Positions 10,986 to 19,685 of a stretch of DNA of 64,000 nt are shown piece after piece; the stretch's first letter is position 1; each line of letters opens with the position of its first letter. This DNA is from Trueperaceae bacterium (GTDB taxonomy: Bacteria > Deinococcota > Deinococci > Deinococcales > Trueperaceae), in assembly GCA_965213705.1 (NCBI GenBank), contig OZ243913.1, forward strand, positions 3,936,001-4,000,000, written 5' to 3'. The notes under the pieces are model-generated. The model was not told where the DNA came from. It ran no database searches and saw only the letters and a program-made list of their open reading frames with translations. Position numbers and translations under genes: made by a program.

Positions 10986-12070
10986 CGAAGGGAACGGACG
11001 AACCCCCTACGACTTCAAGCGCCACGCGATTCAAGAAAGCATTTACGGCGTGGACATAGACGCGAGCGCGGTGGACATCGCCAAGCTGAGGCTGTGGTTG
11101 TCGCTGGTGGTGGACGAGGACGACTTCGGGACGATTAAGCCGCTGCCGAACTTAGGTTACAAAATCGTCGAAGGCAACTCGGTGTTGAGTTTGGAAGGAG
11201 CCATCACCGACGGGCGTGAAATGCGTGACCTCGAGACCCTCAAACGCGCCTACTTCGGCGAGACCCGCGCCGGCAAAAAGCAAGAACTGAACCGGCGCAT
11301 CGACCAGACCCTCACCAACATCTTCCGGTCGGCGCAAGACTTCGGCTCGAGGGCGAACTTCGACTTTCGCATCCACTTCAGCGAGGTGTTTCACCAGCAG
11401 GGCGGCTTCGACGTGGTGATAGGCAACCCCCCCTACGTGCGCCAAGAAGCGCTGGGCGACTTGAAAGACCTGCTCAAAAAGTACGAGGCGTACCACGGCA
11501 GCGCCGACCTGTTCGTGTACTTTATCGAACTGGGCGTCAAGCTGCTCAAAAAGGGCGGCACGTTTGCCTACATCGTGGCGAACAAGTGGATGCGGGCGAA
11601 CTACGGCAAACCTCTTAGAGCGTGGCTCAAAAAGCAGCAACTTTTAACCATCATCGACTACGGCGACCTGCCCGTGTTCGAGACCGCCACCACCTACCCG
11701 TGCATTTTGTTCGTCGGCAAAGACAAGCCGAACGAAGAGGTGCAAGTGGTCAAGATGGAAGAACTCGCCTTCGAGCACTTGAGTCGCTATGTTGACGAAC
11801 GCAGCTACGCACAGACGCAGAAAGACCTCGAGGACGGCGGTTGGTCACTGGCAAACAGAGACGCGCAGAAGGTACTCGACAAAATAAGCAAGGTCGGCGT
11901 GCCCTTAGAGCAGTATATAGACGGAAAAATCTACCGTGGCGTTCTAACCGGACTCAACGAAGCCTTTGTGATTGACGAAGCAACCAAAAATAAGCTGATA
12001 GCCGAAGACCCCAAAAGCGCCGAAGTCATTAAACCGTTTTTAGCGGGGCGAGACATCAAAAAATTTTCAC

Positions 12071-12110
12071 CGCCGAAAAGCAAAAATTAGATAATTTTTG
12101 CTTTTCGGCG
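12071..12110. repeat. Perfect 19-bp inverted repeat with 2-nt loop, containing the premature stop
   Basis: CGCCGAAAAGCAAAAATTA-GA-TAATTTTTGCTTTTCGGCG. Confidence 0.95.
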
Positions 12111-12743
12111 AAATTTTGACATTGAGGAGTATCCTGCAATTAAAAAACACTTGAGCCAGTTTAAGGACAGACTCACACCCAAACCGAAAGGTTGGACGGG
12201 TGCAGACTGGCAGGGGCGGAAGCCAGGGTCTTATAAGTGGTATGAAATTCAAGACGCAGTTGATTACTATGAAGAGTTTGAAAAGCCTAAAATTATGTAT
12301 CTTGTATTTCAGGTAAGACCCACCTTTACCTTTGACTCGAGCGGAACTTACGGAAATAATGCTATCTGGATTATTCCAAAGGACGATAAATTTTTGCTGG
12401 GAGTTCTCAATTCAAAAATAGGTTGGTTCCTTATTTCTAATTACTGTACTCAAATCCAGAACGGGTATCAGCTTATCTTCAAATACCTCGGTCGAATCCC
12501 CATCCGCACCATCGACCCCTCCAACCCCTCGGACAAGCAAAAACACGATTCTATGGTGGAACGTGTCGAAACCATGCTCGCGCTGCACGAACAAAAGGGG
12601 GCGGCGACGGAGCAGGGCGAGCGCGCCCGCTTGGAGCGGGAGATTGCGGCGACGGATGAACAAATCGACACGCTTGTCTACGAGCTTTACGACCTGACGG
12701 ATGAGGAGATTGCTATGGTCGAAGAAGCGGTGGCGGGGTAGCG

Positions 12744-12992
12744 GTGAACTACGACATCGGCTTTAAACCTCGAGCGGTCAAAGACTTAAAAGCGCTAGAC
12801 CAGCGCGAAAGCGCGCGCATATCTGAAAAAATAGAGGCTATGCGGGATAACCTGACGGGAGACGTAAAAAAACTTACCGACTTTACGCCGGAGTACCGCC
12901 TACGTGTCGGCAACTACCGCGTCCTCTTTACCCTCGAAGATAATAAGGTTGTCGTTTACCGCGTTCGTCACCGCAAAGACGTGTATAGATAA
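12744..12992 (+). CDS. RelE/ParE-family toxin
   Basis: 82 aa; DVKKL...YRLRVGNYRVLF...RVRHRKDVYR. Confidence 0.9.
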   Translation: MNYDIGFKPRAVKDLKALDQRESARISEKIEAMRDNLTGDVKKLTDFTPEYRLRVGNYRVLFTLEDNKVVVYRVRHRKDVYR

Positions 12993-13006
12993 GAAGGGAT
13001 TGTTCC

Positions 13007-13210
13007 GTGGCCGATTTAGCTTTGCATCCAGAGTTCTTAGTCAAAAATGGCAAGAGAGAATTTGTCGTACTGCCTTACGAAGAGTTTGAGGCTTTGCAAG
13101 AAGTTCTTGCCGACGCGCAAGACCTCATCGACTTGCGAGCAGCCAAAGAAGAGGAAGGTGACGCCCCTACGCTGTCGCTGGAGGAAGTCAAGCGGCAGTT
13201 GGGCTTCTAG
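13007..13210 (+). CDS. Antitoxin (Phd/YefM-like)
   Basis: KNGKREFVVLPYEEFEALQE..D..DL; acidic; directly after toxin. Confidence 0.8.
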   Translation: MADLALHPEFLVKNGKREFVVLPYEEFEALQEVLADAQDLIDLRAAKEEEGDAPTLSLEEVKRQLGF

Positions 13211-13257
13211 TTTGAAGGAGCAACCTGTGGGATTTGGACCGTCAAAGGGAGTATCGC

Positions 13258-13509
13258 ATGAGCGTTGAAGAAGCTGTTGTGGAAAAACTGCGAATGTTGC
13301 CCCCTGAGCGGCGGCGGGAGGTGCTCGAGTTTGCGGAATTTTTGGAGAGCAAGTCACATTTGCCGATAGACGAGTTCGAGCGGCTGCAAACTTTTATCGA
13401 GGACGCTCAGGACTTGTTCTTGCTTAGACAAGCAAAGGCCGAGGACGACGGCGAAAGAATTTCTCTGGCTGAGGTAGAGGCGCGTTTGGGCTTGACTGAA
13501 CAGCCGTAA
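13258..13509 (+). CDS. Second, chimeric antitoxin-like protein (DUF2281-like N-terminus)
   Basis: LPPERRREVLEFAEFL then LPIDEFERLQ..IEDAQDL..LRQAKAE...SLAEVEARLG, similar to the upstream antitoxin C-terminus. Confidence 0.7.
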   Translation: MSVEEAVVEKLRMLPPERRREVLEFAEFLESKSHLPIDEFERLQTFIEDAQDLFLLRQAKAEDDGERISLAEVEARLGLTEQP

Positions 13510-13519
13510 GCTATGACGC

Positions 13520-13579
13520 GAACTTTACGACCTGACGGACGAGGAAATTGAGATTCTGGAAGAATCTATCTCTAAATAG
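13520..13579 (+). repeat. Orphan copy 2 of the methyltransferase 3' tail
   Basis: GAACTTTACGACCTGACGGACGAGGAAATTG...TAG = ELYDLTDEEIEILEESISK*. Confidence 0.9.
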
Positions 13580-13582
13580 GGA

Positions 13583-15478
13583 CTATTCTGCTTCCGGCGC
13601 TGTGTAAGCCTGAGCCTGGTGAGATGGACTTTCAGGATAACGCATGAGCAAACGACCGTCAGTCACCAACCTACTGATGTACTGCCGAATGGTTTGCGGC
13701 TTACGGTTTAGCAGCTTTGCGATTTCACGAATGCTGAGGTGTTTGCCTCGGGCGGCTTCGATAATTGCTAGTTCCAACTGTTCCTTCGGCATCCTTTTGT
13801 ATTCACGCGCCCTCTGAATCAGCGGGTGGGCCTGTTGATTTTGAGGATTAGCCTGTTGACCTGCCTGTTGATTTTGAGGGCTAGCCTGTTGATTTTGAAG
13901 ATTAGCCTGTTGACCTCGCGTGAAGAGATTGGGTCTGTTGTCCAGCACATCGACTAGCTGATAAGTTGTGCCGCTGGCTACACCGCTGGAAACCACGAAA
14001 CCGTTTTCCTTTAGCCCACGCAGCATTTTGGTGATGTCGGCAGGGTGCTGGTCGCTCATTTCTTGCAAGCGTTTGTTACTCACCGAGCCTTCGCGCAAGG
14101 CGGTAATCAATGCCAACCTTTGGTGTTGGTCCAAAGCGGTGTAACGGTTACCGAATTTTGCCGCCAATATTTCGGTGAACTCTTCGGGTACGAGGCTTTG
14201 CATGGTCAGCTCGAGGGTGACTTGTTCGGGCTGGGTGTTTTCGCTCAAAACGGGGTCTCGCCAATCCTGAGAACGCCAGGCCCGCAGAATCTTGGGGATA
14301 CCCGTGCCCGCACGGTCAGCAGCACCAATCAGGTAAAAAATTTGGAAGAGCGCGGGATTGCGCTGATCGCTTTGTCCCCCTTGCTCGTTCAAAATCACAC
14401 TTTTGGGCAGCCGCAAGCGACCGGGGTTGACAAAGACGAACTTGTGCGCGTACTTGTGAATAAGAATACCTGTAGTAGAGCTGTGGTCGGCATGAACGAG
14501 GGCATTCACCAGGGCCTCGCGCAAGGCGCTGTGAATAGGTGTGTTGTCCACCCTACGAGCGCCTTCTAGCTGAAAAGGAACTTTTAGGTCGGCCGTCAAC
14601 TTGGCATAAACACGCCGAAAGAAGTCGTACAAGTTGCCCGACCATGCGCCGTCGTTGATAACCCGGTCGGTCCAGCGTTGCTCGGGGTCTAGGTTACGCT
14701 CTTGATAGTCGAGCTGAAAGTGGGGCAACTTCTCCTTGAGCGCCAAATGATTCCCAAAGGTGAGGAGGCCTGCCAGTGTCAGCCCCTCTCGTCCAGTCTG
14801 CCGGTCGCGCCGCCACGCCCCTATAGACGTAAGAAAGTCCAAATCATCCTGGGTAGCCCTGTTACCGCCAGAACGTTCTAAACGGAACTCTTGACGGTAG
14901 GCGTCTAAGGATTCCCTACTCAGGTCACTCAGCGTGTAGTGCTCGAGGATGTCGTTGTCTTTGGTATCGTCACTCGCCTCGGCAAACATCCGGCGTACTG
15001 TCGCCTCACTGCAAAGGTGGTCGCCGTCGTTGAAGCGCTGGTAAGTACCACGCATAGGATTGTCGTTGATGTAGACAGGGCGGTCTTTGCGGGTAGCAGG
15101 TGGCACGTGAAGGATGAGCAGGTGGGCATCCTCACAAACGAGATGTTGGACATGCTGATTAGTTAGGATATTTTTGTTGACCTTGCTCTTATTGTTGACT
15201 GTGTTCCAGAAGTCTTTTTCTAGGTTTGTCACGCTCTGAAGACCTATGGGCTGCAACGTGCCGTCGTCAAGTTCCTTAGCACCGAGCACTATCTTACCGC
15301 CTTGGGTGTTGGAGAACGAACTGTAACTTTCCCAAATACTCTTGGGAAGTTTGCCCTCACCCTCTCTACCTCGCGCATCTTTTACTTCACACTGATACGA
15401 CTCCGTCAGGGTGTTCAGCTCATCACAATCTATCTGTTCCGGGTTGTTTCGTCTTTGAAATGTAGGTGCTGCACCCAT
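13583..15478 (-). CDS. Schlafen/AlbA_2 + RecG-C-like ATP-binding domain + HTH protein
   Basis: ECK-like EVKDA...WESYSSFSNTQGGKIVLG, ALREALVNALVHAD, NPGRL, RNPAL, DRAGTGI; C-terminal HTH; 21-bp QQANPQN repeats. Confidence 0.85.
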   Translation of the reverse strand: MGAAPTFQRRNNPEQIDCDELNTLTESYQCEVKDARGREGEGKLPKSIWESYSSFSNTQGGKIVLGAKELDDGTLQPIGLQSVTNLEKDFWNTVNNKSKVNKNILTNQHVQHLVCEDAHLLILHVPPATRKDRPVYINDNPMRGTYQRFNDGDHLCSEATVRRMFAEASDDTKDNDILEHYTLSDLSRESLDAYRQEFRLERSGGNRATQDDLDFLTSIGAWRRDRQTGREGLTLAGLLTFGNHLALKEKLPHFQLDYQERNLDPEQRWTDRVINDGAWSGNLYDFFRRVYAKLTADLKVPFQLEGARRVDNTPIHSALREALVNALVHADHSSTTGILIHKYAHKFVFVNPGRLRLPKSVILNEQGGQSDQRNPALFQIFYLIGAADRAGTGIPKILRAWRSQDWRDPVLSENTQPEQVTLELTMQSLVPEEFTEILAAKFGNRYTALDQHQRLALITALREGSVSNKRLQEMSDQHPADITKMLRGLKENGFVVSSGVASGTTYQLVDVLDNRPNLFTRGQQANLQNQQASPQNQQAGQQANPQNQQAHPLIQRAREYKRMPKEQLELAIIEAARGKHLSIREIAKLLNRKPQTIRQYISRLVTDGRLLMRYPESPSHQAQAYTAPEAE

Positions 15479-15772
15479 CAGAAAATTTTAGCATCTCCCG
15501 ATCCAGGGCATTTACCTGAAACGTAGCAACGCTCGAGCGGATGAAAACGGCTTGAGTGTTGTTACGGGCGTTGAAAAAACCCTGTCGAGGGCGCAACGAG
15601 AGGAGCGCGCTGGTATCCCGGTGACTCTAAGGGAATTGAATCTTAGTTCTAAAATGTAATCGGATGCAATCCAGATGCAATTAAATTGAAAAATTAAGTC
15701 CAGCACGGCAAAAGATACAAATCCACCGAAGCTCAAACATGCAATAAATAGCCAGTAACAGAGCATCTGTCC

Positions 15773-15996
15773 CTTACACATTGAGCCAACCCTGGCGACC
15801 GAGCCACCTATGGGATGGTTAGAATGGTTAACACATGCTGGACCCACAACGACAAAAAGCTACAGAGCAGGGCGAGCGCGCTCGCTTAGAGCGCGAGATT
15901 GCGGCGACGGACGCTGCTATCGACGCGCTTGTTTATGAGCTTTACGACCTGACGGACGAGGAGATTGCTATTGTCGAAAATTCTACAGCGCGGTAA
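15773..15996 (+). pseudogene. Orphan copy 3 of the methyltransferase 3' end (degenerate)
   Basis: Frameshifted IEPxNPGDRATY..MVRMVNT then MLDPQRQKATEQGERARLEREIAATDAAIDALVYELYDLTDEEIAIVENSTAR*, homologous to about 12505-12741; left edge approximate. Confidence 0.88.
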
Positions 15997-16031
15997 GGTA
16001 AGGGCAACATGAAGCATTTTTGTGATATAGC

Positions 16032-16060
16032 TTGCCAAAATATTCTATATATGTTATATT
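16032..16060 (+). promoter_or_regulatory. Sigma70-type promoter of the TAC operon with an overlapping AT-rich imperfect palindrome
   Basis: TTGCCA-17 bp-TATATT. Confidence 0.65.
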
Positions 16061-16076
16061 ATGGTTGGTACGATTA

Positions 16077-16463
16077 GTGAAGGAGTCTTGGCGTGTTGCT
16101 TACTTCAAAGATGAGAAAGGTAGTGTTCCCGTCAAGGAATTTTTCGAGCTACCGAGCGTTATAGGTATTACTGAAGGTGAGAAGAAAGTGTTTAAACAGC
16201 GTTTAAAGTGGGTACGGCAAAGAGGGTTAGGACTTGCTGAAAGGCGGGGTGATGTTTTGGAACATCTCAAGAACGAAGGAAACCTTTATTCGCTTCGCAT
16301 TCCCAGCAAACCGAACAACCCTCGCGTTCTACTCTGCTCTATTCCAGGCAGTAATCAATTCGCTTTGCTGCACGCCTTTAAAGAGAAAAACTCGCGCGAT
16401 TACAAGAGAGCAATCAGTGTAGCCAAAGGACGACGAGACCGACTTCTCGCAACTGTAAAGTGA
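16077..16463 (+). CDS. HigB/RelE-like toxin (Gp49-like)
   Basis: WRVAYFKDEKGSVPVKEF...LYSLR...RVL...LLHAFKEK; GTG 16077 preferred because 16032 lies in the promoter. Confidence 0.8.
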   Translation: MKESWRVAYFKDEKGSVPVKEFFELPSVIGITEGEKKVFKQRLKWVRQRGLGLAERRGDVLEHLKNEGNLYSLRIPSKPNNPRVLLCSIPGSNQFALLHAFKEKNSRDYKRAISVAKGRRDRLLATVK

Positions 16464-16480
16464 AGACTGGAGCTGTACTC

Positions 16481-17014
16481 ATGGCAAAAGATGAAACTAC
16501 AAACAATACCTACTTGGACTCTGAAACGGACGTGTTGGAGCATTTGGGCAGCCTGATTCCTGATACGCCCGAAATGCGCCGCGTGGGTAAGCAGGAGTGG
16601 TTCCGCTTGCTGTTGACGGACGCCATGATAGAAGCGCGCAAGCGTGCCGGTTTGACGCAGAAAGAAGTCGCTAAAGAACTCGGCGCAACCCAGAGCTGGG
16701 TGTCCAAGCTCGAGAGCGCCAACCACGACCACGGGGTCGAGTCGGTGGTGTCTCACCTGGACGCAGTCGGGGCTGAACTGCTGATGGCGGTCAAGGTCGG
16801 CGATGATTTGATTCAGGTCGAAACCAGTGAAGAAGATGTCCTGGTGAACATTCCTGTCTGCTACCAGGATGAGGCTTTAGAAGCCGGTATGACCTTGCGA
16901 GATTTCATCTGCTCACGGCTCGAGGAATACCGTTGGAGAGATGGTGTGAGCGTTTTCGACGTGCCGGAGGGCTTCGCTCGGTTTGATACTGAAGAGGGCT
17001 ATACCCTCCGCTGA
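16481..17014 (+). CDS. XRE-HTH antitoxin (HigA-like) with C-terminal extension
   Basis: ARKRAGLTQKEVAKELGATQSWVSKLES; long acidic/aromatic tail. Confidence 0.82.
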   Translation: MAKDETTNNTYLDSETDVLEHLGSLIPDTPEMRRVGKQEWFRLLLTDAMIEARKRAGLTQKEVAKELGATQSWVSKLESANHDHGVESVVSHLDAVGAELLMAVKVGDDLIQVETSEEDVLVNIPVCYQDEALEAGMTLRDFICSRLEEYRWRDGVSVFDVPEGFARFDTEEGYTLR

Positions 17015-17517
17015 TGCCCACAGCAAAACCGAAACCTAAAACAGTACAAGTCACGCCCGAAGCCTACAACACCTTTTTGCAAGGGCTCGAGCTGAAACGG
17101 GTGCGACTGGCTTCCGCCAAGGTGAAGACCGAAGTAGACCATCCTGCACCCTCCGAAACTGAAATTCGCGCCGAGTACGAACGGGATTTTGAAAATGATG
17201 AGGGTGGTTTTGAAGCTTTTGCCAGCTATAGGCTCGAGTTTGTGAAAATAGAAACCGGTGAGGTTCAAGGTGTTGTCGAAGCGACCTTCGGGTTACAATT
17301 CGACAGTCCCGAGCCAATGCGTGAAGATATTTTTGAAATCTTCGGTGAGTTGAACTTGAAAGTCAACTCCTGGCCTTATGCCAGAGAGTACGTGCAAACC
17401 AACATGGGGCGGATGGATTGGCCGGGCTTCACGCTACCGCTTATGAAACCCTCGCTACCCAAACCTGAGCCTGCAGCAGTCGCCAAGCCAAAACGAAAGA
17501 GCAAGAAGAAAGTTTGA
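17014..17517 (+). CDS. SecB-like chaperone
   Basis: WPYAREYVQTNMGRMDWPGFTLP resembles the SecB C-terminal PY.RE...R...P..LP motif; translationally coupled (TGATG). Confidence 0.8.
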   Translation: MPTAKPKPKTVQVTPEAYNTFLQGLELKRVRLASAKVKTEVDHPAPSETEIRAEYERDFENDEGGFEAFASYRLEFVKIETGEVQGVVEATFGLQFDSPEPMREDIFEIFGELNLKVNSWPYAREYVQTNMGRMDWPGFTLPLMKPSLPKPEPAAVAKPKRKSKKKV

Positions 17518-17809
17518 GCACGCCATAAGTAAGGTTGTTCTGTGTACAAGCGACTCGGCCTCTGCCGCTTTCTTGAAGGCTTGACTCGAGCACCGTTTTA
17601 GCCGGACAGTATCAACACAACGTCAACCCCACTTGTGTCTGGAAAAATAGCGCCGTCCTTGGGGCTGAAGCTGTTGTAATGGCTGCCTTGACAAAGCCGT
17701 AACCGAACTTGCCTTAGTCGTGCTTGTAGTAAACAGGGCGTGCCTCCACCTCGCTCTCAGCGCAGATGGTGATGTTCCTTATGACCACAGGCAACCTGTC
17801 ACCTGCAGC

Positions 17810-17873
17810 TTGACAAGCTACACGGCGCAGCTTAAAGTAAACCCATCCCAAGCGTAGTTAGGAACCTAGCTAC
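17810..17873 (+). promoter_or_regulatory. Promoter and palindromic operator upstream of the TrmB gene
   Basis: TTGACA-17 bp-TAAAGT; GTAGTTAGG-AA-CCTAGCTAC at 17854-17873. Confidence 0.6.
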
Positions 17874-17874
17874 T

Positions 17875-18747
17875 ATGCAAACCTTTGTCCGCAGCACTGT
17901 CGTCGGCAGCGTCGCTCGGAGCGCCGACGCGCTACGACCACTCGGTTTTACGACCTACGAGGCGAAAGCCTACGTCGCCCTGCTCAGTCGGGGCGCACTC
18001 AACGGCTACGAACTCGCCAAGGCGTCGGGCGTGCCACGCTCGATGGTTTACGAAACCCTGACCAAGCTGCTCGACAAGGGCGCGGTGAGCGCGCTGGCCG
18101 AAGACCAGGGCCGTTACGCGGCTGTACCTTCAGAAGAGTTGTTGCCCCGTTTGCGCGCCCAGACAGAAACCGAGTACCGCCACGCCGAAGAAGCGTTGGC
18201 CGCGCTCGAGACCCCGCCCACGGCAGACCTCATCCACCGCCTGGAAGGCGGCGCCCGCGCGCTGGCGGCCGCAGCGGACATGATTGACGGGGCGCGTGTT
18301 TCTTTGAAAGTTTCGGTGTGGGCGTCCGACTTAGAGACCCTGACGCCCGCCCTGCAGCGGGCGCACGCGCGCGGGGTAAACCTCGTCACGGTGCTGTTCG
18401 GCAGCACGCTTCCCGACAACATCGGCCGGGTCTACAAACACGCGGGCGCAGAAAGCGAATACCGCATCGTCGCGGCGCGGTTGCAGGCCGAACTACTCGT
18501 CATCGTCGCCGACCACCGCGAGGTGTTGCTGGCTAGTTTGAGCCCCGGTCCGGGTTGGGCGGTGCGCACCCGCGACCGCGCCCTCGTGCTGGTCTGCGAA
18601 GAGTACATAGGCCACGACATCGTGCTCTCGGCCCTCACCGAGCACTTCGGGGAAGAGGCGGTCAACCGGGTGTGGCAGGAGAACGCCGAGTTGCGCCGGC
18701 TGGTGTCGGGCGCGGACAAGCGTGAACAAGTACAGGAGGCGAGATGA
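17875..18747 (+). CDS. TrmB-family transcriptional regulator
   Basis: LGFTTYEAKAYVALL..GYELAKASGVPRSMVYETL. Confidence 0.9.
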   Translation: MQTFVRSTVVGSVARSADALRPLGFTTYEAKAYVALLSRGALNGYELAKASGVPRSMVYETLTKLLDKGAVSALAEDQGRYAAVPSEELLPRLRAQTETEYRHAEEALAALETPPTADLIHRLEGGARALAAAADMIDGARVSLKVSVWASDLETLTPALQRAHARGVNLVTVLFGSTLPDNIGRVYKHAGAESEYRIVAARLQAELLVIVADHREVLLASLSPGPGWAVRTRDRALVLVCEEYIGHDIVLSALTEHFGEEAVNRVWQENAELRRLVSGADKREQVQEAR

Positions 18748-19685
18748 ATCACGACTACCGCTTGATGGTGCGCATCCGCCGTTTTGAAGAAAGGGCTGAG
18801 GCGCTGTTTCTGGGCGGCAAGTTGCCCGGCTTCGTCCACCTGTCTACAGGCCAGGAGGCGGTGGCGGTGGGGGTGTGTTCGGGGCTGCGCAAAACCGACC
18901 TCATCACCTCCACCCACCGCGGCCACGGCCACGCCATCGCCAAGGGCATGAGCGTCGAAGCGATGTTTTTAGAGCTGTTCGGCAGCCGTGACGGGGCTTG
19001 CAAGGGCAAGGGCGGCTCGATGCACATTTTCGACTACCGCGTGGGGATGTTGGGCGCCAACGGCGTGGTGGCGGCGGGCCTCGCCATCGCCACGGGCGCA
19101 TGCCTTGCCGCGCAACTTGCCGACGACGGGCGCGTCGCCGTACCCTTTTTCGGCGACGGGGCGCTGGGCCGCGGAACCCTGCACGAGAGCTTGAACCTTG
19201 CAGCGGTCTGGAAGCTGCCCGTGGTTTTTGTGCTGGAACAAAACGGCTACGCCTCGACGACGCCTTACAACGACACCCACGCCTACCCCTCGGCCGCCGC
19301 TTTCGCGGAAGGGTACGGCCTGAAGGCTCACAAAGTCGACGGCAACGACCTGCGCGCCGTGGCTCGAGCGGCGCACGACCTCGTCGAGCGGGCGCGGCGC
19401 GGCGACGGCCCCGGCTTTCTGGAGGCCCTGACCACCCGCGTCAAGGGCCACTACGTGGGCGACCCCGAAACCTACCGCAACCGGATGGACGCGGCCGACA
19501 CGCGCGCGCTCGACCCGCTGGTGCGCTACCGAGCGTTTCTACTCGAGGAGGGTGTCGGAGAGGACGCCCTGCTCGACATCGAACAAGAAGAAGCGGAGCG
19601 CGTCGAAGCGGCGGCGGTCAAAGCGGCCGCCGCACCCCGTCCCGAGGCGGCCGAAGCCCTTACCGACCTGTTCGTGGAGGCCTGA
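18744..19685 (+). CDS. ThDP-dependent dehydrogenase E1 alpha (AcoA/PdhA-like)
   Basis: HLSTGQEA, STHRGHGH, GKGGSMH, GDGA...NGY. Confidence 0.92.
   Translation: MNHDYRLMVRIRRFEERAEALFLGGKLPGFVHLSTGQEAVAVGVCSGLRKTDLITSTHRGHGHAIAKGMSVEAMFLELFGSRDGACKGKGGSMHIFDYRVGMLGANGVVAAGLAIATGACLAAQLADDGRVAVPFFGDGALGRGTLHESLNLAAVWKLPVVFVLEQNGYASTTPYNDTHAYPSAAAFAEGYGLKAHKVDGNDLRAVARAAHDLVERARRGDGPGFLEALTTRVKGHYVGDPETYRNRMDAADTRALDPLVRYRAFLLEEGVGEDALLDIEQEEAERVEAAAVKAAAAPRPEAAEALTDLFVEA

Larger units (their letters stand above)
9271..12741 (+). pseudogene. Type IIG/Eco57I-like N6-adenine methyltransferase with C-terminal target recognition domain; in-frame TAG at 12088-12090
   Basis: FLNGGLF, GAFYTPRE, DPAIGSGAF, GNPPY. 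ORF 12151..12741 (WYEIQDAVDYY, LLGVLNSK, VYELYDLTDEEI) is in the same frame with only this one stop between. Confidence 0.88.

Noticed and set aside
12088..12090. Pyrrolysine or programmed readthrough of the TAG
   Set aside because: No pyl genes in the window; loop inversion explains the stop more simply.
5251..12741. Assignment to DISARM or BREX
   Set aside because: The other core genes (drmA/B/C, brxC, pglZ) are absent from the locus.
9271..12741. This methyltransferase as the cause of CTCGAG enrichment
   Set aside because: Specificity cannot be read from sequence, and its TRD appears recently exchanged while the enrichment is window-wide.
15512..15847. 111-aa minus-strand ORF
   Set aside because: No recognisable motif; it overlaps the degenerate methyltransferase relic on the opposite strand.
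18998..19684. Long N-terminal extension of E1 beta; similar extensions at 1774, 20478, 33832, 56219 and 59088
   Set aside because: These are alternative-frame run-ins overlapping real upstream genes or intergenic DNA; coupled or RBS-supported downstream starts exist.
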